Shown here one piece after another: positions 50,895 to 61,453 of a stretch of DNA of 64,000 nucleotides. This stretch comes from an uncultured bacterium (GTDB taxonomy: Bacteria; Desulfobacterota_D; UBA1144; Nemesobacterales; UBA2774). Below the pieces are notes generated by a model that saw only the letters and a program-made list of their open reading frames with translations, had not been told where the DNA came from and did not search any database. The stretch spans positions 736,001 through 800,000 of the forward strand of contig CAVPJU010000006.1 in assembly GCA_963705505.1 (NCBI GenBank), given 5' to 3'. Position 1 is the first letter of the stretch, and each line of letters opens with the position of its first letter. A program made the translations under genes and the position numbers.

Positions 50895-52370
50895 TTAAGT
50901 CCTTCCCAGGAGCATTTTGTAATGTTTTAGGTATACCCTGCTCGACTTTCTCCATGAAAAATCCATCCTCATCCCGGTTTTAATCAATTGGATCCATTCT
51001 TCGTGATTTTTATATACTCTTAATGCCCTTTCGATGGAATTTACCAAATCATTTTCATTGAAATGATTAAAAATGAAGCCGTTCCCTGCTTCCCTGTTTT
51101 CGCTGTAATCCGTAATCGTATCGAGAAGCCCGCCTGTTCCTCTTACGATCGGGATCGTTCCGTATTTGAGTGAAATCAATTGGCCCAGGCCGCAGGGCTC
51201 GAATCTCGACGGCATAAGGAACATGTCGCATCCGGCATATATACGCCTTGCCTCGGTCTCGTCGTAACCTATAATCGCTTTGAAATTGCCTCTGTAATCA
51301 TCGGAAACGTCTTTCAGCAATTTTTCGTATCTCTTGTCTCCCCTTCCAAGTATGACAAGGTCTACGTCAAGGTCGAGAATGCTGTTGAGCGATCTTACTA
51401 CAAGGTCCACCCCCTTTTGGAGGGCGAGGCGCGAGATCACGCCTATAAGCGGCTTATGTCCGTTTCCGTCGAATCCCAAGAGATTCTTTAGTTTCGCTTT
51501 ATTTTGAAATTTGCCGTCGAGGTCGTCGTATCCGTAATTAAAGAAGATCGCCTTATCCCTTTCGGGGTCCCAGTCATCGTAATCTATGCCGTTCAGGATG
51601 CCCGCAAGCTTCCCTTCGCTCGCGATTGCGCGGAGCACACCGTCGAGACCGTATCCGTATTCGCGCGTCCTGATCTCTCTCGCATAAGTAGGGCTCACCG
51701 TAGTGACAAGATCGGATGTGATCAGGCCGCCCTTTAGGAGATTTACCCTTCCGTAGAACTCCAGGTGCTCCGTATTGAAGAGAGATTGGCTGAGTCCGAA
51801 CTTGTCCAGAATTTCTTTTCCGTATATACCCTGATAGGAAATATTGTGAATCGTGAATACGAGCTTCGAGTCGTAGAAAAACGGATCGTTATTGTAGTGT
51901 TTTTTCCACCTGAGAGCTATGGGAACCATAGCGGACTGCCAGTCGTTGCAATGTATGATTTCGGGCTTGAAATTCAGGGCTTTTGCGATCTCGAGCGCCC
52001 CGAGAGAAAAGAATCCGAAACGGAGGTCGTTATCATGATAGTCCCCGTTAGGGGCCGTATAAAGGGAATCACGGTCAAAGAATTCTTCATTGCAAAGAAG
52101 ATAGACCGTTACGCCTTCTACTTTTGTCTCTTTTATCTTTCCTTTATAAGCGAGCCAGTCGATGCTCACCAGCACCTCCTGGCTCAAAGTTTTAACCTTT
52201 AGTTTTAATTGCCTTAGATTTTTTTCTACCTCTTTGTAATAAGGGAGTATTACCCTGACATCGCATCCGATTTCGTTTAATTTTTTTGGAAGCACGCCTA
52301 TGACGTCCGCAAGCCCGCCTGTTTTAGCGAGAGGCTCCATTTCGGAGGCGATAAATAAGACCTTAATCAA
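50895..52370 (-). CDS. glgA: Glycogen synthase
   Basis: KTGGLADV, HCNDWQ, TIHN, QKG, PSRFEPCGL, TGGL.DT. Confidence 0.96.
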   Translation of the reverse strand: MIKVLFIASEMEPLAKTGGLADVIGVLPKKLNEIGCDVRVILPYYKEVEKNLRQLKLKVKTLSQEVLVSIDWLAYKGKIKETKVEGVTVYLLCNEEFFDRDSLYTAPNGDYHDNDLRFGFFSLGALEIAKALNFKPEIIHCNDWQSAMVPIALRWKKHYNNDPFFYDSKLVFTIHNISYQGIYGKEILDKFGLSQSLFNTEHLEFYGRVNLLKGGLITSDLVTTVSPTYAREIRTREYGYGLDGVLRAIASEGKLAGILNGIDYDDWDPERDKAIFFNYGYDDLDGKFQNKAKLKNLLGFDGNGHKPLIGVISRLALQKGVDLVVRSLNSILDLDVDLVILGRGDKRYEKLLKDVSDDYRGNFKAIIGYDETEARRIYAGCDMFLMPSRFEPCGLGQLISLKYGTIPIVRGTGGLLDTITDYSENREAGNGFIFNHFNENDLVNSIERALRVYKNHEEWIQLIKTGMRMDFSWRKSSRVYLKHYKMLLGRT

Positions 52371-52470
52371 TTAATCACTCCCTCTTGTTTTTTCAAACCA
52401 GAGCAGTTTTGAGGTAAGTATAAATATCAATTAAGTAGAATGTAATTCCCATAATAAACTTACCAGACTT

Positions 52471-53991
52471 TTAGCCTCTGTTATTAATTTCGGTAATGCT
52501 CCTTAATTTTTTCGTTAAATTCCCATCTAAATCGTTCGGCTGTAACCTCCACTTCCAGTTCCCGGTTTTCGTTGACGGCTTATTCATCTTGGCCCGCGCC
52601 CCGAGTCCGAGAATGTCCTGCATCGGGATTATCGAGGTGTCGGCTATTGACGACATGGCGAGGCCTATAAATTCCCAGTTGACTTCGCCGACGCCCGGTT
52701 TCCGTCCGATGTATTTGTAAAACCTTTCTTTTTCGGTTTTTCCGGCGTCTTCATTCCACCATCCCATCACAGTATTATTGTCATGAGTGCCTGTATATAC
52801 GACACAGTTGGTATTAGTGTAATTTTTTGGCAGGTAATCACCGTAGGGGAAATCGTTGCCGAACGCAAAGAGCAGTATCTTCATCCCGGGAAGGTCGTAT
52901 CGTTTGATGATTTCCTTTACGTCCGGGGTAATGTACCCGAGGTCCTCTGCAATGAACCTGGATTTCTCAAAGCGTGAGAAGATTTTATCGAAGAAGCTCA
53001 CGGCGTCGAGGTCGACCCATTTGCCGTTTAGTGCGGTCTTTTCTCCCGCTTTCACTTCCCAGTACGAAACGAATCCCCTGAAATGGTCGAGTCTCAGGTC
53101 ATCGAACAATGTCAGGTTGTGTCCTATGCGGTTTACCCACCATTCGAATCCGGTCGCTTTTAACATGTCCCAGTCGTAAACCGGGTTTCCCCAGAGCTGT
53201 CCTGTTTTGCTGAAATAATCGGGCGGGACCCCCGAGACGAACCGAGGAGCCTTGTCTTCACCCAGTTTGAATAATTCGGGATGCGTCCAGACTTCGGAAC
53301 TGTCGTAATTTATGTAGTAGGGGATGTCCCCAATGATTTCAATCTCCCTGTCGTTGGCGTATTTCTTTAATGAATTCCACTGGCCGAAGAACAGGTATTG
53401 AAGAAATTTATGGTATAGAATATCGGACTCCGCCTTTTCTCTCCACTCCCCGAGAGCCTTTTCGTCTCTATCCCTCAATAGGGGGGGCAGCGCGCTCCAT
53501 GACTTGAACTTTAAATCTTCTTTAAGTGAGGCGTAGAGCGCGTAGTCGTCGAGCCAGTGTTTCTGTTTTAGGGAGAACTCGGCGAATTCACTATCCCGGG
53601 GCAGATGGGACCGGGCATTCGCAAAGGCGATTTTAAATAGCTCGTCCTTATATCCTGAGACCTCCCCGTAGTTGACATTGCCGGTCTCGAAACCGCTTTT
53701 TCTGTTTAAATCAGCGGCTGAAATGTATCCCGCATCCTTCATCAGCTCCGGGCTTATCAGGAGAGGGTTTCCGGCATAGGATGAGGGGCCGCTGTAGGGG
53801 GAGTTGCCGTACACCTCATCGGTCGGGTTAAGCGGCAGGACCTGCCAGTAGGACTGAAGCGATTCGGAGAGAAAGTCGGCGAACCTGCGGGATTCCGGAC
53901 CCAAGTCTCCTATGCCGAAAGGAGAGGGAAGCGACGTGATATGGAGGAGAATTCCGTTCTTTCTCTTTTTCATCTTTTTAACTGCGGTCAA
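52471..53991 (-). CDS. malQ: 4-alpha-glucanotransferase (GH77)
   Basis: GILLHITSLP, WQVLPL, GVPPDYFS, RLDHFRG, AEDLG, TGTHDN. Confidence 0.96.
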   Translation of the reverse strand: MTAVKKMKKRKNGILLHITSLPSPFGIGDLGPESRRFADFLSESLQSYWQVLPLNPTDEVYGNSPYSGPSSYAGNPLLISPELMKDAGYISAADLNRKSGFETGNVNYGEVSGYKDELFKIAFANARSHLPRDSEFAEFSLKQKHWLDDYALYASLKEDLKFKSWSALPPLLRDRDEKALGEWREKAESDILYHKFLQYLFFGQWNSLKKYANDREIEIIGDIPYYINYDSSEVWTHPELFKLGEDKAPRFVSGVPPDYFSKTGQLWGNPVYDWDMLKATGFEWWVNRIGHNLTLFDDLRLDHFRGFVSYWEVKAGEKTALNGKWVDLDAVSFFDKIFSRFEKSRFIAEDLGYITPDVKEIIKRYDLPGMKILLFAFGNDFPYGDYLPKNYTNTNCVVYTGTHDNNTVMGWWNEDAGKTEKERFYKYIGRKPGVGEVNWEFIGLAMSSIADTSIIPMQDILGLGARAKMNKPSTKTGNWKWRLQPNDLDGNLTKKLRSITEINNRG

Positions 53992-54012
53992 TGAGATATC
54001 GGGATTCCGGAT

Positions 54013-56181
54013 TCATCCGGTTCTGTAAATCGGCTTTAAGACCGCAAGGGACCTGTCGAGCATCCTGTATTGTTCTCCTGAACCGATTCTCCCCGCGCTT
54101 CCCCGGGTCCCCGGGGACGAGGTATCGATAATAATCTCCCATATTCCGGATACCCCGTTTAACGGGATAATGAACTCAATCTCTTCTGTTCCTGCGTTCA
54201 TTAATATCATGAGGGTGTTATCAAATTTAGGCTTCGTTTCCTTCTTAATATTTTTCAGGTTGTCGCCCGCTTTTATCAATCCCAGGGCGCTGAGGTTTCC
54301 CGATTGCCAGTCTCCGTTCGTCATTTCTTTTCCGTCCGGTCGGAACCACGTAAGGTCTTTAAACCCGTTGTGTTTAACTATGTTCCCGTGAAAAAATTTC
54401 CCCTGATTCAGAATCGGGTGCTTATGGCGAAAATCAATCATCATCTGAGTGAATTCGAGGAATTCCGTTTTTGACTTATCCAAATTCCAATCTACCCATG
54501 AGATTTCGTTGTCCTGACAGTATGCGTTATTATTTCCCTTCTGCGTTCTTCCTATTTCGTCCCCCGCAAGGAGCGTCGGGATCCCTTGAGACAGGAAGAG
54601 CGTCGCGATGAAATTACGCTTTTGCCTTTTTCTTTTTTTGTTGATTACGGGATCGTTGGTCGGTCCCTCCGTGCCGAAGTTATAACTGAAGTTCGAGTTT
54701 CCTCCGTCGTTATTCTTTTCAAGATTGGCCTCGTTATGTTTCTGATTATATTGAACGAGGTCCTCAAGTGTAAAGCCGTCGTGAGATGCGACGTAATTAA
54801 CGCTTGAGTAAGGCCCCCTGGCCTTCCGTGCGTATAAGTCGCTCGAGCCGCTGATACGGTATGCAATTTCGCCCAGCTGCCCGTTATCGCTCCGCCAGAA
54901 GCGCCTGACCGAGTTTCTGTACCGGTCGTTCCACTCTGACCACGGGTCGGGGAAATTGCCAGCCTGATAACCTCCGGGTCCGAGGTCCCACGGTTCCGCG
55001 ATCAGCTTCACACGCGAGAGCACCGGGTCCTTTGCGATCATATCGAACAGAGGGCTTGATTTGTCGAACTCGGGCCGCTCTCTGAAAAGCGCGGTCGCCA
55101 GATCGAATCTGAATCCGTCGACGTGCATTTCCGTGACCCAGTATTTAAGGCTGTCGAATATCAATCTCATGACCGCGGGGTTAGCCGAGTTGATCGTATT
55201 TCCGCATCCCGTGTAGTTCACATACTGCCCTTTGTCGTCCGGAACGATGCGGTAGTAGGAAGTATTGTCGATTCCCCTGAATGAGAGACTGGGCCCCCTG
55301 TCCCCGCCCTCTGCCGTGTGGTTGTAAACTACATCGAGCATCACTTCAAAACCTTCCCTGTGCAGGGTTTTGACCATTTTTTTAAATTCGGTCACCTGCT
55401 GACCGCGTGCTCCGGTGCTTGAAAACCTGATATCGGGAGCGAAAAAGCCTATCGAGTTGTATCCCCAGTAATTGCTGAGTCCGTTTTCGAGGAGTATCTT
55501 TTCCGACACCCTATGGTGTACGGGCATGAGCTCCAGAGTCGTAACGCCGAGAGAGTGCAGGTAATCGATGACAGGGGGAGCGGTGAGCCCCGTATAGGTG
55601 CCTCTCAATTCTTCGGGTATATCCGGGCGAAGAGCGGTAAACCCCTTGACATGCAGTTCGTAGATTATTGTCTTATCCCAGGGTATCTTGGGCGGGGAGT
55701 CCTTCCCCCAGTCAAACGACGGATCGATGACCACCGATTTCGGCATGTAGGCTCCGCTGTCCCTCGTATCGGGCAGAGGGTCAGTGCTCTTTACGTATTG
55801 CCTGTAGTCGTAATGAACCCCGCTCAGCTTTATTTCCCCCGAGATTGCCCTGGAATACGGGTCAAGGAGGAGCTTGTTGGGGTTAAACCTGAGGCCCTTG
55901 GCGGGATTATACGGTCCGTAAACCCTGTATCCGTAGAGCTGTCCCGGTTTCAGACCTGCTATATATGCATGCCGGATATGGCCTGTCCTCGATGTAAGCG
56001 GGACCCTGGCAACCTCGGGGTTCGGGATAGCCCTGTCAAAGAGGCATAATTCGACCGACTCAGCGAACTCGGAGAATATTGCGAAATTAACGCCCGAGCC
56101 GTCCCACGAGGCCCCGAGCGGTTCGGGTCTCCCTGGTGAGATATTTGATGATCTACCGTTTCCGGATGCGTTTCTATTCAA
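54013..56181 (-). CDS. glgX: Glycogen debranching enzyme
   Basis: YELHVKG, NYWGY, DVVYNH, DGFRFDLA, AEPWD, HDGFTL, GNNNAYCQD. Confidence 0.96.
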   Translation of the reverse strand: MNRNASGNGRSSNISPGRPEPLGASWDGSGVNFAIFSEFAESVELCLFDRAIPNPEVARVPLTSRTGHIRHAYIAGLKPGQLYGYRVYGPYNPAKGLRFNPNKLLLDPYSRAISGEIKLSGVHYDYRQYVKSTDPLPDTRDSGAYMPKSVVIDPSFDWGKDSPPKIPWDKTIIYELHVKGFTALRPDIPEELRGTYTGLTAPPVIDYLHSLGVTTLELMPVHHRVSEKILLENGLSNYWGYNSIGFFAPDIRFSSTGARGQQVTEFKKMVKTLHREGFEVMLDVVYNHTAEGGDRGPSLSFRGIDNTSYYRIVPDDKGQYVNYTGCGNTINSANPAVMRLIFDSLKYWVTEMHVDGFRFDLATALFRERPEFDKSSPLFDMIAKDPVLSRVKLIAEPWDLGPGGYQAGNFPDPWSEWNDRYRNSVRRFWRSDNGQLGEIAYRISGSSDLYARKARGPYSSVNYVASHDGFTLEDLVQYNQKHNEANLEKNNDGGNSNFSYNFGTEGPTNDPVINKKRKRQKRNFIATLFLSQGIPTLLAGDEIGRTQKGNNNAYCQDNEISWVDWNLDKSKTEFLEFTQMMIDFRHKHPILNQGKFFHGNIVKHNGFKDLTWFRPDGKEMTNGDWQSGNLSALGLIKAGDNLKNIKKETKPKFDNTLMILMNAGTEEIEFIIPLNGVSGIWEIIIDTSSPGTRGSAGRIGSGEQYRMLDRSLAVLKPIYRTG

Positions 56182-56233
56182 AATGGGCTATCGATACAAT
56201 TGATCTTAAGAGAAAATCATAGAAATTATACAG

Positions 56234-58150
56234 TCATCCTTCGTATTTGAAGAATAATACTCCCAAGGGCGGGATATTTATTTCTATAACATTGTTATAT
56301 CCGTTTGACTGAGTCCAGACCCCGCCATAGTTACCGACTCCGCTACCTCCGTAGAAATGGGAGTCGCTGTTCAAGCGCTCGCTCCAGCGCCCGGCCCTGG
56401 GTACTCTGATTTTATAGTGTTTTCTCGGGACGGGTGTGAAATTGCATACAACCAGCACCATCTCCTTTTCACCGCGGCTCTTTCTCAGAAAACTGATGAC
56501 GCTCTGCTCGTAGTCCTTGAAGTCCGCCCACTCGAACCCTTCGTATGAAAAATCGATCTCGTGCATGGCCGCCTCGCTTTTATAGAACCTGTTGAGGTCC
56601 TCGACCCAGCGCCTGAGACCGCCGTGGAGAGGGTAATCGAGGAGGTGCCAGTCTAAGCTGCCCTCGTGGTTCCACTCGTTCCACTGGCCGATCTCCCCTC
56701 CCATGAACAGTAGCTTTTTTCCCGGATGGCCGAACATATATCCGAAAAGTGCCCTCAGGTTCGCGAACTTCTGCCAGAGGTCGCCCGGCATCCTGCTTAA
56801 GAGTGACCCTTTTTGGTGGACCACCTCGTCGTGAGAAAAGGGGAGCACGAAATTTTCGGCAAACGTATACATGATGCTGAACGTGAGATCGTTATGGTGG
56901 TATTTTCTGTGAACGGGGTTCTTGGAAAAATAATCGAGGGTATCGTGCATCCACCCCATGTTCCACTTCATACCGAACCCCAAGCCCCCTACGTACGTCG
57001 GCCGGGAGACCATAGGCCAGGCGGTGGATTCTTCGGCTATTGTCTGAACATCCGGATGATGAGCGTAGACCGACTCGTTTAATTCCTTAATAAAATCGAT
57101 CGCGCGCAGATTCTCATTGCCTCCGTACTCGTTGGGTATCCACTCGCCTTCTTTACGGCTGTAATTGAGATAGAGCATAGATGCGACGGCGTCCACCCTG
57201 ATACCATCGATGTGGTATTTGTCGAACCAGTACATTGCGCTGCTTTTAAGGAATGCCCTGACCTCGTTCCTGTTGTAGTTGAAAATATAGGAACTCCAGT
57301 CGGGGTGAAACCCCTTTTTCGGGTCAGCGTGCTCATAGAGGTGAGTGCCGTCGAAGTAGACGAGACCGTGCTCGTCGCCGGGAAAGTGGGATGGGACCCA
57401 GTCCAGAATAACCCCTATATTGTTTTGATGCAGCGTATCCACGAGATACATGAAGTCTTCAGGACTGCCGTACCTGCTCGTCGGAGCGAAGTATCCCGTT
57501 ATCTGGTAGCCCCATGACCCGTAGAACGGATGCTCCATGACAGGGAGGAATTCCACGTGCGTGAATCCCGTCGCCTTGACGTATTCCGCGAGTTGATTGG
57601 CTATTTCCCCGTACGTGAGGGACCTGTGTCCTTCTTCGGGAACCCTCTTCCATGAGCCTATATGTAGTTCATATACGGAGATGGGCGAATCGAGGGAGTT
57701 ATATCTCGACCTCTTTTCGAGCCATTCCCCGTCGCGCCATTTATAATCGGGCTCCCATACGATCGAAGCTGTCTTCGGCGGTAATTCGGAGCGCCGGGCG
57801 TAGGGGTCTGCCTTCTCGACCCTGTACTTATTGAACTTCGATTCGATGTAGTACTTATAGACTTCTCCTTTTCCCAGCCCCGGAATGAACGTTTCCCAGA
57901 TCCCCGATTCGTCCCATCTGGGCTGAAGTCGATGGGAGCCCTTATTCCAGCCGTTGAAGTCCCCGATAACGGAGACGTATTCGGCGTTAGGCGCCCAGAG
58001 GGCGAAATGCACTCCCAGGGTTCCGTCAGACTCTATAATATGGGAGCCCAGCTTCTCGTACATATTTGTATGAGCGCCCTGCTTGAAAAGGTAGACATCA
58101 TAATCGGTGATAGTCCCCGGGACGTTTTTCAGCGTTTCATTCTGATTCAT
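56234..58150 (-). CDS. glgB: 1,4-alpha-glucan branching enzyme
   Basis: WAPNA, SWGYQ, DWVPSHF, RVDAVASM, AEEST, SHDEVVH. Confidence 0.96.
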   Translation of the reverse strand: MNQNETLKNVPGTITDYDVYLFKQGAHTNMYEKLGSHIIESDGTLGVHFALWAPNAEYVSVIGDFNGWNKGSHRLQPRWDESGIWETFIPGLGKGEVYKYYIESKFNKYRVEKADPYARRSELPPKTASIVWEPDYKWRDGEWLEKRSRYNSLDSPISVYELHIGSWKRVPEEGHRSLTYGEIANQLAEYVKATGFTHVEFLPVMEHPFYGSWGYQITGYFAPTSRYGSPEDFMYLVDTLHQNNIGVILDWVPSHFPGDEHGLVYFDGTHLYEHADPKKGFHPDWSSYIFNYNRNEVRAFLKSSAMYWFDKYHIDGIRVDAVASMLYLNYSRKEGEWIPNEYGGNENLRAIDFIKELNESVYAHHPDVQTIAEESTAWPMVSRPTYVGGLGFGMKWNMGWMHDTLDYFSKNPVHRKYHHNDLTFSIMYTFAENFVLPFSHDEVVHQKGSLLSRMPGDLWQKFANLRALFGYMFGHPGKKLLFMGGEIGQWNEWNHEGSLDWHLLDYPLHGGLRRWVEDLNRFYKSEAAMHEIDFSYEGFEWADFKDYEQSVISFLRKSRGEKEMVLVVCNFTPVPRKHYKIRVPRAGRWSERLNSDSHFYGGSGVGNYGGVWTQSNGYNNVIEINIPPLGVLFFKYEG

Positions 58151-58343
58151 AGAATGCGAGATACTGTATTTTTTGTTGGTATTTCGAATTTTTATTATAC
58201 ACTGTTACTGAAAGAGCATAACCTATGATCTTTAACTTCACCTTTAAAGGTACGTATAATTATCTCGTGACGGCATTAGACATATAAGTATATTTCCGGT
58301 AACTATAACTTGGCTCGACAATATTAAAATATAAACAGCTAAT

Positions 58344-60809
58344 ATGATGGAATTCGATTCCGCGCTAAAAATATCCTATGACTCGGGCTTCCTCCGGGGC
58401 AGGATACTCTATCATCTGAAGTACTCGATGGGCAAAAAGCTCACCGATGCTTCAAATAACGATCTGTTTCATTCCATTTCCCTGGCGATCCGTGAGCTGA
58501 TAATAGACGGGATGTTCGAGACACAGGAGTTATACGACAGTAAAGACCCCAAGAGGGTCTACTGCCTTTCACTCGAATATCTTATAGGCCGGTCGCTAAC
58601 AAATAACCTGATCAACCTCGGATTATACGAGCTCTGCAGGGATACGCTTAAGGCCCTGGGTGTTGAACTGTCCGACATAGTCGAAACGGAGTCCGACCCC
58701 GCTCTGGGAAACGGCGGCCTCGGCAGGCTCGCTGCGTGTTTCTTGGATTCGCTGGCGACGCTCGCGATCCCCGGGTTCGGGTACGGCATAAATTATGATT
58801 ACGGTATTTTCAAGCAGGACATTGTCAACGGCTATCAGGTGGAGTATCCCGACCACTGGCTGGGAGAGGAATCGCCCTGGCTCATTGAAAGGTCCGACGA
58901 TATATGCGTCGTCCCTATATACGGCCAGGTCAAGATCGAAAAAGACATGAATGGAAATTACAGGTCGACGTGGAAGGATTGGAAGTTCCTGTACGGGATT
59001 CCCCATGATATGCCTATCGTCGGGTACGGAAGCGGGACCGTCAATTATTTAAGGCTTTATTCGGCACGGTCATCGAATGAATTCGATGTAAAGATTTTCA
59101 ACAGCGGCGACTATATGAAGGCCGTCGAGCAGAAAATGACTTCGGAGACCATATCCAAAATCCTATATCCTTCGGATACCGTGGAGCAGGGAAAAGAGCT
59201 GAGAGTCATTCAGGAATATTTCCTGGTATCGTGCGCAGTCCGCGATATCGTAAGGAAGTTTCTGAGAAAACACGACGGGTTCGGGAACTTTGCCTCGAAG
59301 GTCGCCATACAGCTGAACGATACGCACCCGGCTCTGGCCATAGCGGAGCTTATGAGGATACTCGTCGACGAAAATGATATCGCATGGGACAGGGCGTGGG
59401 CGATAACGGAATCCACGTTCGGTTTTACGAACCACACACTGCTTCCCGAGGCAATGGAGAAGTGGCCGATATCTCTCTTCGAGCGTGTCATACCGCGTCA
59501 CTTGGAGATAATCTACGATATCAACGACAGGTTCCTTAAAAAGATCAAATCGAGGTGGCCGGAAGACCCTAACCGCATTAGCAGGATGTCCCTTGTCGAA
59601 GAGGCAAACGGCAAGAGAATACGGATGGCCCATCTGTCCATAGTCGGGAGCCATTCCGTTAACGGCGTTGCCGCGCTGCATTCGGAGCTTATAAAGACAT
59701 CTCTCGTCCCCGACTTTTATGAGCTCTGGCCTGAGAAGTTCAACAATAAAACCAACGGTATAACTCAGCGGAGATGGCTGCTCATATGCAATCCCGGTCT
59801 CGCGAGCCTCATAAACAGAACGATAGGCGACGGATGGATAACCGACCTCTATAAATTGAGGCCTCTTGAAGATTATGCCGGGAACGAAACATTCCAGCGG
59901 GAGTTTCTGGAAGTAAAAAAGGAGAATAAGGCGAATCTGGCTAAATTAATCCAAAAAATCACGCGCATCTCCGTGAATCCCGCGAGCTTATTCGACGTCC
60001 AGATAAAACGAATTCACGAATACAAGCGCCAGCTGCTCAACATTATGCATATCATTCATCAATACTTCAGCGTTGCCGAAGACGGTGCGGTGCTCAACAC
60101 GCCGAGGACATACATATTCGCCGGAAAGGCCGCTCCCGGATACTGGGCGGCCAAACAGATCATAAAGCTCATCAATAATGTGGCGAATGTCGTTAATAAT
60201 GACCCCAGGGTGAACGATCAGATCAAGGTCATCTTTATCCCGGACTATAAGGTGACACTTGCCGAAAAGATAATACCTGCTGCCGATTTGAGCGAGCAGA
60301 TATCCACCGCTGGGAAGGAAGCCTCGGGGACCGGCAACATGAAACTCGCCCTGAACGGCGCTCTTACGATAGGAACAATGGACGGGGCGAACATCGAGAT
60401 CAGGGAGGAGGTGGGGGAGGAAAACATATTCATATTCGGCTTGAGAGCCGAAGAGATCATGGAGATGAAAAAATCCCATAGTTATAATCCCAGAAAGATT
60501 TATGAGGAGAGCCCGAGCATAAAAAGGGTTATGGACTCATTCGAATCGGACGTGTTTTGCAAGGAAGAGCACGGAATATTCAAATGGATTTATGAAGCCC
60601 TGCTGATGAACGGCGATGTCTATTTCCATATCGCTGATTTCGAATCCTATATTAAGACTCAGCAAATCGTCGGTCAGGAGTTTAAGCAGACGGGGGATTG
60701 GGCGAGAAAGGCGATTTTTAACGTCGCCCGCATCGGTAAGTTCTCAAGCGACCGCACGATTTCCGAATATGCGGGGGATATTTGGAAGACAAGGCCTATA
60801 AAGGATTAA
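58344..60809 (+). CDS. glgP: Glycogen / alpha-glucan phosphorylase
   Basis: GNGGLGRLAAC, NDTHP, KRIHEYKRQ, EASGTGNMK. Confidence 0.97.
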   Translation: MMEFDSALKISYDSGFLRGRILYHLKYSMGKKLTDASNNDLFHSISLAIRELIIDGMFETQELYDSKDPKRVYCLSLEYLIGRSLTNNLINLGLYELCRDTLKALGVELSDIVETESDPALGNGGLGRLAACFLDSLATLAIPGFGYGINYDYGIFKQDIVNGYQVEYPDHWLGEESPWLIERSDDICVVPIYGQVKIEKDMNGNYRSTWKDWKFLYGIPHDMPIVGYGSGTVNYLRLYSARSSNEFDVKIFNSGDYMKAVEQKMTSETISKILYPSDTVEQGKELRVIQEYFLVSCAVRDIVRKFLRKHDGFGNFASKVAIQLNDTHPALAIAELMRILVDENDIAWDRAWAITESTFGFTNHTLLPEAMEKWPISLFERVIPRHLEIIYDINDRFLKKIKSRWPEDPNRISRMSLVEEANGKRIRMAHLSIVGSHSVNGVAALHSELIKTSLVPDFYELWPEKFNNKTNGITQRRWLLICNPGLASLINRTIGDGWITDLYKLRPLEDYAGNETFQREFLEVKKENKANLAKLIQKITRISVNPASLFDVQIKRIHEYKRQLLNIMHIIHQYFSVAEDGAVLNTPRTYIFAGKAAPGYWAAKQIIKLINNVANVVNNDPRVNDQIKVIFIPDYKVTLAEKIIPAADLSEQISTAGKEASGTGNMKLALNGALTIGTMDGANIEIREEVGEENIFIFGLRAEEIMEMKKSHSYNPRKIYEESPSIKRVMDSFESDVFCKEEHGIFKWIYEALLMNGDVYFHIADFESYIKTQQIVGQEFKQTGDWARKAIFNVARIGKFSSDRTISEYAGDIWKTRPIKD

Positions 60810-60897
60810 ACCGTTTTCCCCGTTTAATTGTGTTCCCGGGATTCCCGCCTGCAGGCAAATTGACAATAAAATACATCTGAGGTTAGATTCATACGCA

Positions 60898-61449
60898 GTG
60901 ACATCGGAAAAGAAAGAAAGATTAAAGCGTATACTCCTTGAGAACTCGATACTGAGGGGAAAATTCACACTCTCCTCGGGCAGTGAAAGCGATTATTACA
61001 TAGACGCGAGGCTCACGACGCTCCATCCGGAGGGCGTCTATCTCGTCGGTGAGATTCTACTCGAAGAAATAAAGCGGGACCCCCTCATCAATGCGGTCGG
61101 AGGGCCTACTATGGGGGCCGACCCCATTGTGGGCTCGGTACTCTGCGCGAGCCACAGGGAGAATCACCCGCTTAGCGGTTTCCTCGTTCGGAAACAGGGG
61201 AAAGGCCACGGCACCGAAAAGCTGATAGAGGGCAACCTGAAGCCGGATGACAATGCGGCTATCGTGGAGGACGTCGTTACCACGGGCGGGTCGGTAATAA
61301 CTGCGATAAATGCGGTCCTGAATATGGGCGCCAGGGTGAGGAAAGTCCTCGTTATAGTTGACCGAGAGGAAGGGGCGGGGCGCAAATTCATGGAAATGGA
61401 TATCGACTATTACTCAATATTCACTATCTCAGAGCTCCTTGAGCGCTGA
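60898..61449 (+). CDS. pyrE: Orotate phosphoribosyltransferase
   Basis: FTLSSG..S.YYID, RK..K.HG, VEDVVTTGGS PRPP motif. Confidence 0.94.
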   Translation: MTSEKKERLKRILLENSILRGKFTLSSGSESDYYIDARLTTLHPEGVYLVGEILLEEIKRDPLINAVGGPTMGADPIVGSVLCASHRENHPLSGFLVRKQGKGHGTEKLIEGNLKPDDNAAIVEDVVTTGGSVITAINAVLNMGARVRKVLVIVDREEGAGRKFMEMDIDYYSIFTISELLER

Positions 61450-61453
61450 ATAG

